In this document: in pieces, positions 20,531-34,100 of the stretch | Position numbering within the stretch: the stretch's first letter is position 1 | Layout of the letters: each line of letters starts with the position of its first letter | Position numbers and translations under genes: made by a program | Notes under the pieces: model-generated | Databases searched by the model: none | The model's input: the letters and a program-made list of their open reading frames with translations, nothing else | Told to the model about the DNA's origin: nothing | NCBI GenBank assembly: GCA_009602725.1 | Contig: WELB01000004.1 | Span: forward strand, 1,439,048 to 1,484,576 | Origin: Spirogloea muscicola | Lineage: Eukaryota | Direction: 5' to 3' | Length of the DNA: 45,529 nt

Positions 20531-23500
20531 TTACCCTGTGACGGCTGTGGTCTTCTCATTATGATTTACATCTCCATCGAGGCTCTGCTGCTGATGCCAC
20601 AGCTGCGCATATCGTCCATCTTGGTGCATCAGCTCATCGTGAGACCCCCGCTCCACTACCTGCCCGTGCTCGAGCACCACAATCTGGGGCAGAGTGCAGC
20701 AAGAGATGCAAGGTCAGTCCCTTTCGACGGCGCAAAAGTCAGAGGGAAAAGCATGGCCTATCGAGAAGTAGTCTCCGGCACTTCCATAGGATGTTACATG
20801 TAGAGACCATCAGCAGGTCCTGACAGAAGCTGTGTCTGTGACAAACTAGTCATCACAGCACAAGAACCCTCGATCTGCACCCTTGCCAACCTCGTCGCAT
20901 TGCATGGCGGTAGTGAGCCGGTGCGCAACGAATATGGACGTGCGGTTCTGAGCCAGTGCCCGGAGGGCAGCCAGGATGTCGGCCTCGGTCGTGCTGTCCA
21001 GGGCGCTGGTGGCCTCGTCACACAGCAGGATGGCAGGGGACTTGAGGAAGGCACGGGCGAGTGCCACGCGCTGCTTCTCACCACCGCTCAACTTGAGGCC
21101 CCTTTCGCCCACTTGTGTCCCATAACCCTCGGGGAAGCGCAGGATCGCGTCATGTATGGCCGCCTGCTTTGCCGCGTGGTGCACCTGCCACGACTCATGG
21201 CTACATGAGTCTACATGAGGCTACATGGGGTTTTCTGTACTCATGAGAGGTCCAAGGGGCAGGCTTTCTATCTGCGTGTTGCAAGGAGGTCATCAGCAGA
21301 TCGGGCATGCACGCAGCATCCCCGTCGCCATCATGCTCACCTCCTCCTCAGTTGCAGAAGGCCGACCGTACTGTATGTTGTAAAAGATGGTGTCATTGAA
21401 GAGCACCGTGTCCTGCGGTACAACCCCAATGGACGACCTGAGGCTCTCCAAAGTCACGTCCCTCGCATCTTGCCCGTCAACGATAACCTGCAACGTTGGA
21501 GGCTGCTTTGAAAACCTCTACCTTAAAATATGACATTCCTTGACAAGCAACAACAAAGTGTGCACCAGATCCTGAGCAGGCACTGCCCACAGCAGTGAAC
21601 TGTCAGTTTTCAGTAATGCTCAAAAGCGAAACTCAGCGCCCAGATTTCCCTTGCTTGATTCCGACTCACAGCGCCTGCTTCAGGGTCGAAGAAGCGGTAG
21701 AGCAGGCGCAGAATTGTGGATTTGCCGCTGCCGCTGGAGCCAACTATGGCCACGCTCTTGCCACCGGGGACGGTGAGGTTGACTCCGTCCAGGATCGGCC
21801 TCTCGTGTAAGTAGCCGTATCTCACGTCCTTCAGTTCAATTGTGCCGCTCTGCAGCTGCAACGGCTTTGCACCGGGCTTGTCGTAGACGCCTGGCTCTAC
21901 CTGCAATTCAGTGACAGGCAGGCATGTAATCATGTCAGGAACACGTGATGTTGTAAGAGTGAGGTCTCAAGTTATTTCTCAATCTTGGCTTCTCAGCTAC
22001 GACTACAGAATGCAAGTGAAGGCCTTAACGGTATTCGTCATGATAGCCACAACCACAAGTGCCACATTAGATATGGCCTCTCGTTATATGAAGAACTCAA
22101 GAAATAGTGCTTAAGAAAGCATCATGCCTCCAAGAGAGAGAACATGGCCTGCATGTCGATCAAGCTCTGCCGCGTCTCGCGGTACACGGAGCCGAGGAAG
22201 TTGAGGGGCAGCGAGAGCTGAAAGAGGAGCCCGTTGACCATGACCTGCAGCCGTGCCAACGGCACTGATGAGACCAATCTTGATCATTCAGCTCTGCTCA
22301 ATATATCCAATCTGAACAATTCCATGCCTGCTCTGAAGAGCAGGGCAGACATAAAGCCTGGCAACATTTGCAGCTGTGCCAAGTTGGTTGCCTGGCCCAC
22401 TCAGACTCGTGCTCTGGGTGGCTTGCTTGCTTTGAATGGGGTTTGGCAGCAGCAGTAGGCAAGCACGAGCAAGCTTGTTCAGCCATCTGATAAAAGCTCT
22501 AACAACAGAGAGACATCTCTTTCCTTCTGCCCAGTGGTGACGGCCTACCAGATCTCCAATGGACATGGTGCCGGCTACGATGCCGTTGGAGCACATAATC
22601 ATTGCAGCGACGAGCGCTGAGCTGAAAATGGCATTCTGGCCGAAGTTGAGCAGCGAGAGGCTAGTCTGTGTCTTCAGGGATGCATCCTCGTAATCTGCAC
22701 AGTGGGCCAAACGTCAATCAAAATTCCAGGTACATTCTTTACTACACGTGCTCAAGTGATGCTCTGCCACTTCCTGCCGCCATGTCACGACCTTGTCTTT
22801 CTAGCGTAGCTTCTAGAGCAGATCAGATTAAGACCATTAGTACAGACCTTTCAAGTACTTGTCATAGCGTTCAGCCTCGAGCCGTTCATTGTTGAAGTAC
22901 TTGACGGTCTCATAGTTGATCAGCGAGTCGACGGCGCGGGAGCTCGCTGCATTGTCGGCCTGGTTCATCTGCTGCCGAAATTTGGTCCTCCACTGCCATG
23001 ATGGTGCCAAGTAGGTCCATTTTGCAAACTAAGGTGTGATATCAACTTCTTGGCTACTAGCGAAGCAGTCACATATATGCAAGTTGCATTTTACTGATAC
23101 TTATAACAAAAGAGAGGCTGTCGTAATTTCCTGAGTCCGCAGAAGCAAGCAGCAACTACACGGCCTAACTTAGCTGCTCCTGCTGGAACATCAATCTCTC
23201 AGTAAAAGTCGCCTGAACTCTGGACCCTATCTTTTGACCTTGTATTCACCTGTGTAACCACAAGCGTGAAGGCAGTGTACGCCGCAACAGTGGCGGACGT
23301 GATGAGAGCAAACGGCGAGCCAAATTTCCAGGCGAGGATGCCGGCGACCAGAGATATCTCCAGCACCGTCGGAACGACGTTGAAAACCATGGAGGAAAGG
23401 ATGAAGTTGATGCCACGCGTACCACGGTCGATCGTGCGGCTGAGCGCGCCAGTCTGCCTGCTCAGGTGGTAGCTGAGGTCCAGGTTGTGGAGGTGGAGGA

Positions 23501-25394
23501 AAACCTGCACATGCTCAGGCAGTGCCCGACTTAGAGGTTCATGACAAGGTACCTCTTCTGAGCACTTACTAGGATTTACTAGGCTTAAGGCCTGGGAAAT
23601 AGGCTGCCTAAACCCCAAGACCTAGGCTGGAGACGAACCAATCGCAATCCTGTATTCTGAGCCAACTTCTGTTGAGCCTCCCTGCGCGTGCCAGCTGCGG
23701 TTGGCGAGCTTCTTGGCAGCCATGGGGGTTTGGAACCTTGAAACACTTTTGCAGGTTCCAAGCGCACGCCCAAGACCTCCTTGCAGCTGCTGGACTGAGC
23801 TTCTAGTACCCGCTACGAGCTACCCATGTTGGGGGAATTTGACCAGGCTAAGAGATCTGCGGGTGCCCAGAATTGCCAACGAACCGCCTGGACTGGGATT
23901 AAATGGGCTGGACAGTGTGCACCAAGCACTTCCTGGCCGGAGGTTTATCACAATGATGATGATTATGATTTTTATCACATTGATTAGTTTCACAGGCACG
24001 GCCCACGGCATATTCACCTTTCTGGCGACCTGGCGGATGGTGCCCTGCGCGACCTTGGCGAAGATGGCATTGCGGAGCTCATTGCAGGCGGCAGAGCCGG
24101 CGCGTGCGGCGCCGTAGCCCAGAAGCAGCGCCGGCGGGCTGGACGCCGCCAGCCACAGGAGCGGGTGGCTGCTGGCGGCGGCCGCCGTCGCGCCAGCCGC
24201 GCCGACCGACGCCGACAGCGTGTCAACCACGTACTTGAAGAAAAAGGGCACCTGGATGTTGAGGACCTGAGGAGTGGCAACATCGACCAATCATTCAAAT
24301 ATATATATATGCACAGATAATAAGCATGTAGTATACGTGCGACCGAGTATTCACAGGATTCATACCTACAGATGTTACCCATGAAGTATACAGTTCAGCA
24401 GACCCCGTAGTAACTATGACTAGTGTAATATCATCTGAAATCTCCTCTGTAATTGCTTGTTATGGAGTAGCTTAAGGTGCAAGTCCTTTCATTCGGTCTT
24501 CTGGCTGCAAGAGCGAGAGCCCACATCCAGGTCCACATCTTGCAAACTGACTCAGAGCCTTGCGGGCTTGGCACTGAGGCCAAGCCAAAGCCCACCTTGG
24601 AGCCGACGAGGAGGCCGAGCGAGCCGGCGACGCGGCGCTGGAGCTCGGGGTTGTCGCGCGGCCACAGGTAGGCCGACAGCGTGCGGAGGATGCGGATGTC
24701 CGCGCCGGGCTCGCCGTCCTCGCCAGCCGCCGCCGCCGCCAGCCTCGCTGCCTTCTGCTGGGCCTGGCCGGTCAGGATGCCAATTACATGAAAGGATCCC
24801 ATTTCAGCCTGCTACTGAGAGAACCAATCTGGAAATACAAAACAATTACGGAAAAAGTGGGTCACAGTACAGGCGGGTCAGCTGGGCACCCATCAAAGTC
24901 GTGCCTTAGCCATCAACGAGAGGACCAAGCAGGGCCTGCTAAGCCCAGAACCCCCGAACCTTAAACCCCGAACCCTACTCCTAAACCCGAAACCCAGGAT
25001 CGAATCCTGGACCCTTCACCGGCACCAGCGAGAGCGCGGCCGCGCCGGCGGCGTTCTCACCGCGGGCCCAGGCCGTGGCTGAGCAGCGGCAGCTACTGAG
25101 CCTGGCGGCGGTTGTCCCGTCGACAGCTGCCGCCAGAGGAACGGCGGCGGCGGCGGCGCCGCCGCCGCCGCCGGAGAAGCATGCAGGGGACGAAGGCGGC
25201 ACTGGCGCCGCGCGTCCTCGTCGGCGGCGTTTGCAGGGCGGGGCGGCCGCCCCTCCCCACGCTGCCGATGCCAAGACCAGGGCCCGCCGTCGCCGTCGGC
25301 GGCGGCGGCGGCGGCGGNCGCCGCCGCCGCTGCCGCCGCGGCGCACGGGGAGGGCGCGCAGGAAGCGCAGCGCGCGCGCAGCTGGCGCAGCCAT
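20531..25394 (-). CDS. ATM3: Mitochondrial ABC half-transporter ATM3/ABCB7 (Fe-S cluster precursor export), multi-exon gene span
   Basis: Arg/Ala-rich N-terminal targeting-like peptide [13 protein letters not shown]. Exons [92 protein letters not shown], Walker [10 protein letters not shown], signature LSGGEKQR, Walker [17 protein letters not shown]. Last exon [19 protein letters not shown] ends at TAA 20533-20531. Confidence 0.95.
24941..24998. repeat. Degenerate telomere-like tract at the 5' end of ATM3 intron 1
   Basis: aacccccgaaccttaaaccccgaaccctactcctaaacccgaaaccc, about 7-nt periodicity. Confidence 0.55.
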
Positions 25395-25499
25395 GGCCGG
25401 GCGGCGAAGCTCTGCGGAGGAGATGGGAAGGCCCGGGAAGGCTTAGCTAGAACATGGGTCCGGCTGAAGCCTCCAACATCTCTTCCAATGTAAGGCAGT

Positions 25500-26162
25500 G
25501 GCTATGGCATCGGTCGCTCGTCAGCCCAGTGAAGGAAGCAGCTCTTCCACAATGACAGCAGTGGCTGTGAGAGTCCAGCCCAAAGGAATAAGAAGAAGAA
25601 AGAGCTCGCCCATTGAGGATAGGGGCTGGAACAGCCAGCCCAAAAAAGAATGAGCAGAGGAAAAGGAATGGGCGCACAATCTCTTTCTTTCTTTCTGATA
25701 GACAAGAATGCGTGTGTGTTAAGAAGAAGTGGCACTCCCAATGGGGGCAAGGGCTGCAAAAAGCCAGCCCAAAAACGAATTGACAAAGGTTCGAAGGGGC
25801 CGAAAAAGCATTGAGCAGCTACAAAGGGGTCTGAAGATGCTATGGTAGAGCAGGGGGAGGATGAATCACTCAGTAGTTACGAGTGAGGAGCCTCAGATCC
25901 GACAGACTAGCTGCTGGAAAACTATCCCCCTGACGAAAGCCAGAGGCCGCAGCGAGAGCACGGCCAGCACGCAGATGCAGAGCGTGGGCCATGGACCGCT
26001 GAGAGATACAGAGTCTCATACGGTAGACCTGGACCCAGGAGCCAGCGGCGTTGAAGTCAGCCGGCTCGCCGCGCCCACGGGACACAGCCTGCCGCGCAAG
26101 CCTGGCCAGCAGGTCAAGCCACTGGGACCCGAGAGCCCCGTGTACGTCCACAGCCAAGGGGA
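25500..26162 (-). mobile_element. CRE-like 5'-truncated copy with multi-module tail
   Basis: PLAVDVHGALGSQWLDLLARLA...YRMRLCISQRSMAHALHLRAGRALAAASGFRQG...SDLRLLTRNY* (25870). Tail 25720-25808 is nearly identical to the reverse complement of 470-553. Confidence 0.75.
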
Positions 26163-26289
26163 CTCTATTAAGAGAAGGGGAGGCCATGTGTGGCCAAGTA
26201 CAAAGGTAAGCACGTAGACAAGGTCTGAAAGGAGGACAGAAAGGGCCGAATGGCTCAGAAAGCAGATACTAGTCTCTCAGACAGTCAGC

Positions 26290-26600
26290 AAGTGGGCTCT
26301 TAGTAACCTCTAGCCTTAAGAAAGTGGCTCCCCCAAAGAAGAATGGCGCGCCCTTAGAGAAGAGGGGCTGGCCAGCCAGCCTAAAAAGAATGGATAATAT
26401 CCAAAGCCAAAGAAGGTGCCGGAAAAGAAATACTACACAACTAAACAACCAAAGGGGGCGAGGGCTGTGAACAGCCAGCCCGGAATGCTTCAACAAGGTC
26501 AGAAGGGGCCCAGCAAGCTTATCCAAAAGGGGGCGAGGGCTGTGAAAAGCCAGCCCGAATATAAGGGACAAAGTCAGAAGGGGCTAAGAAGCGCTGGAAT
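26290..26600 (-). mobile_element. Stacked CRE-like tail fragments
   Basis: 26325-26420 resembles 612-790; two tandem gggggcgagggctgtgaa.agccagcccg modules near 26454 and 26529. Confidence 0.55.
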
Positions 26601-26779
26601 ACACAAGCAAGCAAGTACACAAAGAACATACTGTCAGCTATAGCATCAACTTGACCCGACTGGGGTCTAGTCTGGAGTCTTGTATTGTCATGTCTGGTGG
26701 CTCGGCCTTGTTAGCGACATCTTCGACATCTTGCGTGTCTTTGACTTGGACCATGCCAAATCGGAAAGTACTCCTCAAG

Positions 26780-27190
26780 AGGGGGCGATGGCTGTGGAAG
26801 GCCAGCCCAAAATAGATGCACAAGTCAGAAGGGCCGGGAAAGCGCTGGACCATGCAGCTACGCAAGTGGCTATCAGAGGTGGGTGCTCAATAACCCCTAG
26901 TCAGCAGCCGCAAGTCAGATTAGCTTGCAGCAGAAAAGTGTCAGGACGGGGAGACCCAAAAGCAGCAGCCACAAGAGCGGCCTGCCCGCAGGTGCACTGC
27001 AAAAGCTTGGCTATTTTGGCACAGGGCTGACAGGCGCATGCGGAACACCTGAGCGAGCAACCCAGCGGCATTGAAGCCGGGCTGCTCACCTTGCTGACCT
27101 TGGCATCGGGTGATCTTACGTGGGTTAAGCAGTAGAAGGTCTAGCCATGGACTCACAACCCAGCCCGTGCACGTTAATGGCCAGCCTGAC
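26780..27190 (-). mobile_element. Degenerate CRE-like copy
   Basis: LAINVHG..., FNAAGLLAQVFRMRLSALCQNSQAFAVHLRAGR..., SDLRLLTRGY* (stop 26889-26887); tail motif at 26780-26810. Confidence 0.7.
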
Positions 27191-28192
27191 ATCCATCACC
27201 AGAGGATGCCAAAGACGCCAAAGGACGCTTTCATCCCACGGTCGCCAATGCAAGGCCAGGTCGTCGAGATCACCGAGACGACAAAATGAGTGGCTCATCA
27301 TTGACTCTGGGCAATGTGAGCCCCTGGATTCACCACAACATCCTGAAGTCATGGCCGGCTGAGCTGGTCCTTGTATTGAGTTGAGCAGTTTCTGTGTTGA
27401 GTGTAACGAGCTCCTCCACCCCTAGGCCTAACCAATCCCTCCCAGCTTCTGTCAAGAGAGTCATCCCCTTCATGCGGCGGCATCAGCCACAATGTCACCA
27501 CTTGCAGCGCCACCAAGGGCCGCATGGTGCACCTGCAATTGCAAGCTTAATGTTGGCACTGGGATATGAAGTGTAACAAGCTGCCATGGCCAGAGGGCTT
27601 GGGCATGCTGGCGAGCCCACATACAAGAGCTTCTGGAACAGCAACTGCACTAGCTTGCTTTGCTGGAAGGCCTGCAGAATGGCGAGAGGCCTAGAAGAGG
27701 AGCCCGTTGCTAAGCAACTGGTGGCCAAGCTGGTGGCTGCAGCAAATGCAGCCAAGAAACTTTTGCAGCAAGCCCTCAACAACAATTGGCAAAGATTTGT
27801 CAAAGTGACGTCCTATCCTGCAAATCCTGCCAGACTAGACAAGAACCATGCTAGCGGCATGCTGCTCGGTCACGGCTAGCGCCAAAGGCTCAGATGTGTA
27901 GTGCACCTATGCCAATCCAAGGAATGTCCTACTGTCTCTCGGCTGTAGTCGAAGTTCCTGGGGGGCCCCACTTCAGCCACCGCCGGCAGGTTGACCAAAC
28001 AGGACTTTCTGAGGCCAAGCGAGAGACCTGCACCTGCCACGTTGTCACTGCCGGGGGAGGCATCACCAGAGGGGTCGGCTACGGCTTCCTTGAGTACCTA
28101 CTACTACTTAACGATCCTAATGGTCCGCACCGCAGCCATCAATGACGTCCCAGAATGGGCCCTGCTAGGCCGTCAGCATGCAGTGACATTCG

Positions 28193-31100
28193 TCAGGCAT
28201 CCACCATCTCGTCTTGTATCTCTGCGGGTGCGATGAGGCCCGGGATGGCCAGCATGCGCTGCCTCTCAGCCTCTCGCTGGGCTGCTGCCTCCTCGGCATA
28301 CAGGTCCTTGTTGTCCTGCACACGAAGAGTGCGCAGCCAAGGACGACTAAGCATAACTTGGACGCACTCTGGGACCAAGCAAGGACTGCACGAGCATATT
28401 GACTCTCTTGCCCCAACTCTTGCCAGCATGTCTTGGTGAAAGTACAGTAGTAATCGACCCTGCAAAGAAGCAGCTACATGCAAGGACTCATTGATAGACA
28501 AGCTCAAACCCTGCACGGTACCTTGTCCGAGAACTCTTTTGATTGCACGAGGAAGTCGCGCAGATGATTCTTAAAGGCAGCCAGGTCATGCTTGACCTCA
28601 AAGCTGCCCTTGACAAAGGCAGCCACCTCGATGGGAGTCATGTTGGGAAAGGACTCGCTCAGCAACTTGATTGTGTAGTCAAGTACAAAGGCAGCATTGT
28701 TTGCAAAGGCCGTCGGCCCCAACTTAGCAACATCCCATAGTGGCTGCGTGAGAACATCAGAATCCACCTGCCAAACAGGAGTTGTCCCAGGTAAGCATTG
28801 GCAAAGGCAAGTGGAATATCATCCACTGGAACCTGCAAGCCTCTGCATGTTACTGGACTCATCAGACAAACAAGAATAATCCACCTCTTAACAATCTCCT
28901 GGATTATCTCCATAACAATATATACAAAGTCTGGACATACCAGGCAGAAGAGATGCTGCAAGATCAAGGTATGAAGCTTGAAGCCAGGCTTGTGAAAGGA
29001 GTCCGTCAGCACAGCAAAAATTTCCTGCTCAATGGTAAGGAAGTAGGTCTGGTGGAACTGGTTGCAAAACTCCGACGTCTGCAAGCAGGGGTAAAACCAA
29101 AATCCTTGACATGAGCGAAGTACAAAGAGATTGTCTGAGCTGCTCTATATCCATCAAAGTCGGGCTTCTTGATAAAAGCTCCTCTATATGACCTCCAGTA
29201 GCCTACTTAGATTTATGAGAAAAAGGAGGTCCCGATCTGCTCACTGACACTTGGCTGTCCAGATAGACAGACAGACAGACCGACAGACCTACCTGGAAGT
29301 TGGTGAGAATATCCAGCAGCAAGTCCGCTGGGGTATACTGCAAGGTCATTATGTACGGACCACGTACAAGGACCTCAGCAGACAGCTGATAGAAGCCCCT
29401 ACAACTTCTAAGTAGACCTCCAGGTGCATGCCCAAGGTGATCATGGCATGCACCCATTTAGAGTGAGGTCTTATGGAAGCTGGTGGAAGGTGGACTGAGG
29501 ATTTGGGGTCTGAGCTATATCTCGAGATTGAGAATCTACTTGTAACTGACCTGGAATTGGGTAAGGATCTCCAATAGGAGGTTGAGGCCTGTCTCTGCAA
29601 CATTCCTTTCTGTGTGGCGGAATGCCCAGAAGATGCTGTCCATCACAAGCTTCAATTGCTGCTAGGCCATAACAGACAACAACCCGCTCAGTTGTTAGAA
29701 GCAAGTCAATGAGCAGCTATACGCAGCAAGGAGTATAACATCCTTGATAATAAAGGGCGCAATGATCATGTCATAGCGGCATGCCTGCATGCCTTCAAAC
29801 TAAGAGACGCACACACACACCTGGCTGGAAAGAGTGAAAAGTGCACGGAAGCAATGTGAGGCAATGGCTTTCAAGAGCGAGAAGAACTTGAGCCTGTGCT
29901 CAGGGTAATCCTCAAAGTTCGTTGTGATCATCTGGTATAGTGACATCAACAGTGTTAGCCATGTCAAAAGCACTTGAAGATGGAAACCCGCCAAGTACTA
30001 GACAGCAACAGCCAGATGCGTTTAGCTGGGTAAGACGAAGTTTCATGCATGTCACGGGTTGTGCGACTGCAACCTCTTCAAGAAGATCGTGACCCCTGCT
30101 TTAAGCATTAGATGGATGCCTAGAAGGGATAGTTGCTCTACCTTGAGCGTGCACTCAAAACAGGCCTCGAAAATGCGGGGGACCTCATCAAGCATTGCAA
30201 CTTTCAACCTGCAAGTAACAGCACTTCCAGTGAGCCAAGCCTGCCAAATCTCCACACGTCATCTTGCACAGTACCAAAACATCAACAATGGAAATTGGAG
30301 GACGTTGTAAACAAGACCTCATATTGCAAAAGTAGCCCAACACTTCTTGATACTGCATGCATAACAAGCGGTAAGACTGCCCTCACTTGTTGATGATGGT
30401 GGCAAACAGAGAGAGGACTTCGGATTCCCTTGCATCAGGCACATTGCGCGCATAGTCTCCAAGGATGGGGTCCATCATAGCCGGCACAAACTGTTTTGCA
30501 ATGAGCTCGGGGTCCTCGGACTTGTCCACAAACGTCTCAATCAACTTCAAAGTCTCCCGCTTGACAGACCTGCAACAACGCCACGATAGCAAAAAACGAT
30601 GACAATCTGCACTGACGACTTGCAAATTAGGTTTATCAATGCATGCTGCTGCACCATCTTCAGCAAGCAGGACCTGCGTGAGGCAGGATAATGTGCAGGC
30701 TGATGAGGCTATCAGTGCTGGCATTTTGTTACCCAACAAAGGTACCTTGTGCTTCCAAGAGCCCAAAATTGATAGTAGCAATACTAGCATCGACAATATT
30801 TGGCACAAGCCACCTGATGGTCATTACCTGAGAAGCTTGACAAATGACGTCTTCGAAGCGTAAGGCCCTCCTTCAGCAACACTACTTGAGATGAGCTCGC
30901 TGTACATCCTGCACGGAATTGAGCAGCAGGGAGACTTATAAGATTCAATTAGAAACAAGCTCCGCCACAGGCATAATGATTCCAATGACCTGAATATTAC
31001 ACAACTATGTAGGATACTGACAGTCAAGAATGACAGAAACCTGGTAGATCATTCCAGACTTTACGATCATGAAATAACAGCAATAGGGTGGACTATCAAA

Positions 31101-34100
31101 TGACCAAATCGTATGCTGGCATATGCTGTGCTAGCCTACCGGTATATATTAAGCATGTCAAGATAGATGAGTGTGATTTGCGTAAGGAAAGGCTGTCCAA
31201 GTGCACTAGCCACACTTGTGTTGGTCTGCATCCACCAAGCATGCACATAGACACGTGTCAGACATCTGCCCTAGTCATTACGCTGCAATAGTTGCATCAA
31301 CATGATTAATGTTTGACAGTTGAAGGAAAGAGGTGTCCTTAATATGCACCTGCAGAATATTCAAAATTGCTCTGATGGAGTCAGGCAACTTCAGAAACTC
31401 GACATTTTGCTTAGCCTGTTCAATAATCTGCGCCCATCTCTGCAGATCACACACCGAGGACAGAGGCAGGATGTGACTGACGCAGATTGTGCAGTGCATG
31501 GCAGACAATGCCAAGTGGGAGACTGGACACCCATACTTACAGACAGGACATGGGTTTGCTAAGATAAGCTTGGGATCAAGAGATGCCACACCAAGCTTCC
31601 TTGAAAGAGCACGATAGCCTCATGCAGTGCAAAAGTTGAGACTCACCACATTGGGCGGCTGCATCAATTTTTGAAGATACTCGTCGCGCTTCAGCTGATC
31701 AGTTTCTGCTTGGATCATATACCCAACCTGATAGCAGATGACATAATCTTCATGAGAAACTTGACTGGCCTGATTGAGTGACTGAGAGGCAAAAAATTCT
31801 CACCCCACTTGATTCCAAACTGCACATATTAGGAGTGGCCATTCCAAGGTCGTACATATATAGTGCACACATGGCAGCTGCACTTACAGACTCATAGAAG
31901 GTGTGGATCTGATGTGCCTGCAGGTCAAGGATGGTTGTTGACAGCCCTCGTAGTAGCTCTAGTATGAAAGGCTCTGACTCACCCACCTGCACATTAAACC
32001 ACATGATTAGAAGCATGCTAGCAAAGCTGGTATTGCACAACGCGAGCATGGCGACGTTGACTAGCATACATATGCTTGTTAAGAATATCAGGACCAAAAT
32101 ATCATAGAATGCACATCTGACAAGTGAGAAATCCATGGCATACCTGTAGTATCACGAATTTGCGGCGGCACTTCTGTACAATCTTCAAGAAGGTGTCACA
32201 CGCCATGTCCTATATTGCAAGAAGCAGGAGGCCTGTCAGTATAGCTGCCAGCCTAGCGCACACCACAGGCATGCATACATTGCGAGGCAGATTGAATAAG
32301 AGAGAAGTCTAGCTAATGAGAAATGATTGTAACTTTGGGGACCATCAGTACAAGCTCGTAGTCTTAGAAGCATAGATGGCGCGCAGCTACAACAAGCTGC
32401 CCTCAGGGGCCACAGCGAAGAAATACTGCACACACCTGCACCCCAGGGTGAGTCTCGTGCATAAACTCAAACAGCTTGTTTACGACCGTCTTCAAGAACT
32501 TCCAATGAGCTCGCAAGAACCTTGGATACTGTCCAACGACATACCTGCAAAAGCAAACCACAAAGATGAGCATGGCACTATGTGGCAGCAGACTTACATC
32601 TTCACAATGTTCTTTGCTGCAGCATATGTTCCTAGTTGCCACTTGTGGCAGTAAATTAGGCACAAATTAGACAGAGCAATTTTGACATGTACGACAGCAG
32701 GTGAAAGCTCTCCAGCTTCAATTTGCGCCTTTTCAAGGTCCAATGGCCTAGCCTACATGATGTCACTGGCGACCACCGCCTTATGATCCTTTCCCTTGAC
32801 TGCCTTTGATAACGTGAGAAGATCTTGGACCACTTGCACCAAGAATCGGCTCTCCTGCATGACAAGTAGCAAGCACTTGGACGTCTCTCAAGAGCTAGTC
32901 AAGCAGAGGACTCTCTTGTGTGGACAAGACCCGACTCGACCCCAGGTCGCCCCACTTTGCTTCGTACATGATGTTGCTGGCAATGACGGCCTTGTTGTCC
33001 TTCCCTCTTGTGAATTCACAGAGGTTCAACAGGTCGCGAATCACAGTCACCAAAAAACGATTCTCCTGCATTGCGCAAGAAGTCCAGCATTCCATGTGAC
33101 AGCTGCCCAACATCTGCTGACTACTGGGCAGACACGAGCTGCACACCGTGTGGTCTCTGTGCCATGGGCACACCCGTGCAGCCTTTGACACTCGCATCAG
33201 CTTCAGACCCACCCACTGACATCGCAAGCAATACGACATTCATGAACAACGCTTCCTAGGAGTAGACTGTCAAGGTAAAGTAGCCGTGTCGACTGACCTG
33301 ATCCTCAACCATAGAACCAGAGATGGAGCCAATCGCCCAGCACAGAGTGTTCAGGTTATTCCACGACCATTCATCTCCATTCAGCTGCTTGGTCAGCTTC
33401 TTGAGCATCTGCAGAATTCAAGCAGTGTTTGTAATTGAAACTATCAGCAGATTCCTTCTCAATCTCATCGTCACCACCTCTGCAAGAATGACCACCCTAA
33501 CTCATAACAACCTAGAAGGCATCAAAAGTACATCACTGCTTAACTAGCTGGCTTCTACTATGTGGTTGCAAGGCCATTCCATCACACATATGAAGCACTA
33601 TTCGTGCTATGCTGACCTGCTGCTCAGTGTCCTCGTGATCTAAATGTGAGAGGTAGATCAGCGTCTCTCTCATAATCTGCAACATTGCCATGTGAAGACT
33701 GAGCAACTGAGCACTTACGACACACCTCTCTGCTCATGATGCCATCTTGAAGCCTAGGAGAGCAGAGCAATGAGCTACTGAAACAAGCAATTAGTCAATG
33801 AACCAAGCACTCAACAACAAGTCTACCTTGTACTGGACAAGAACGTCATTGTCTTTCATTGTTTCTCGGACTATGTTGCCGTTTTCATCCTCAACTATCA
33901 AAACCTCCTCTGGCTTGGCCATTCTACTGATCATGAGGAGTCGCAGCTTAGACATTGGCCCCGAGTACAGCTGCTTTCGTGGCGACATCTGCCCACCAAT
34001 TCCGTTCGTCATGGGTGCACTGACTACTAAGCCCACCTGCGAGCCCACAAGTACAGTGATACGTGACTTAGTGTTGTTGCTTCCTACTGCCCTTGCAGTA

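Noticed and set aside
27580..28190. Short plus-strand ORFs convergent with the XPO1 3' end
   Set aside because: No recognisable motifs or splice structure; may be UTR or decayed sequence.
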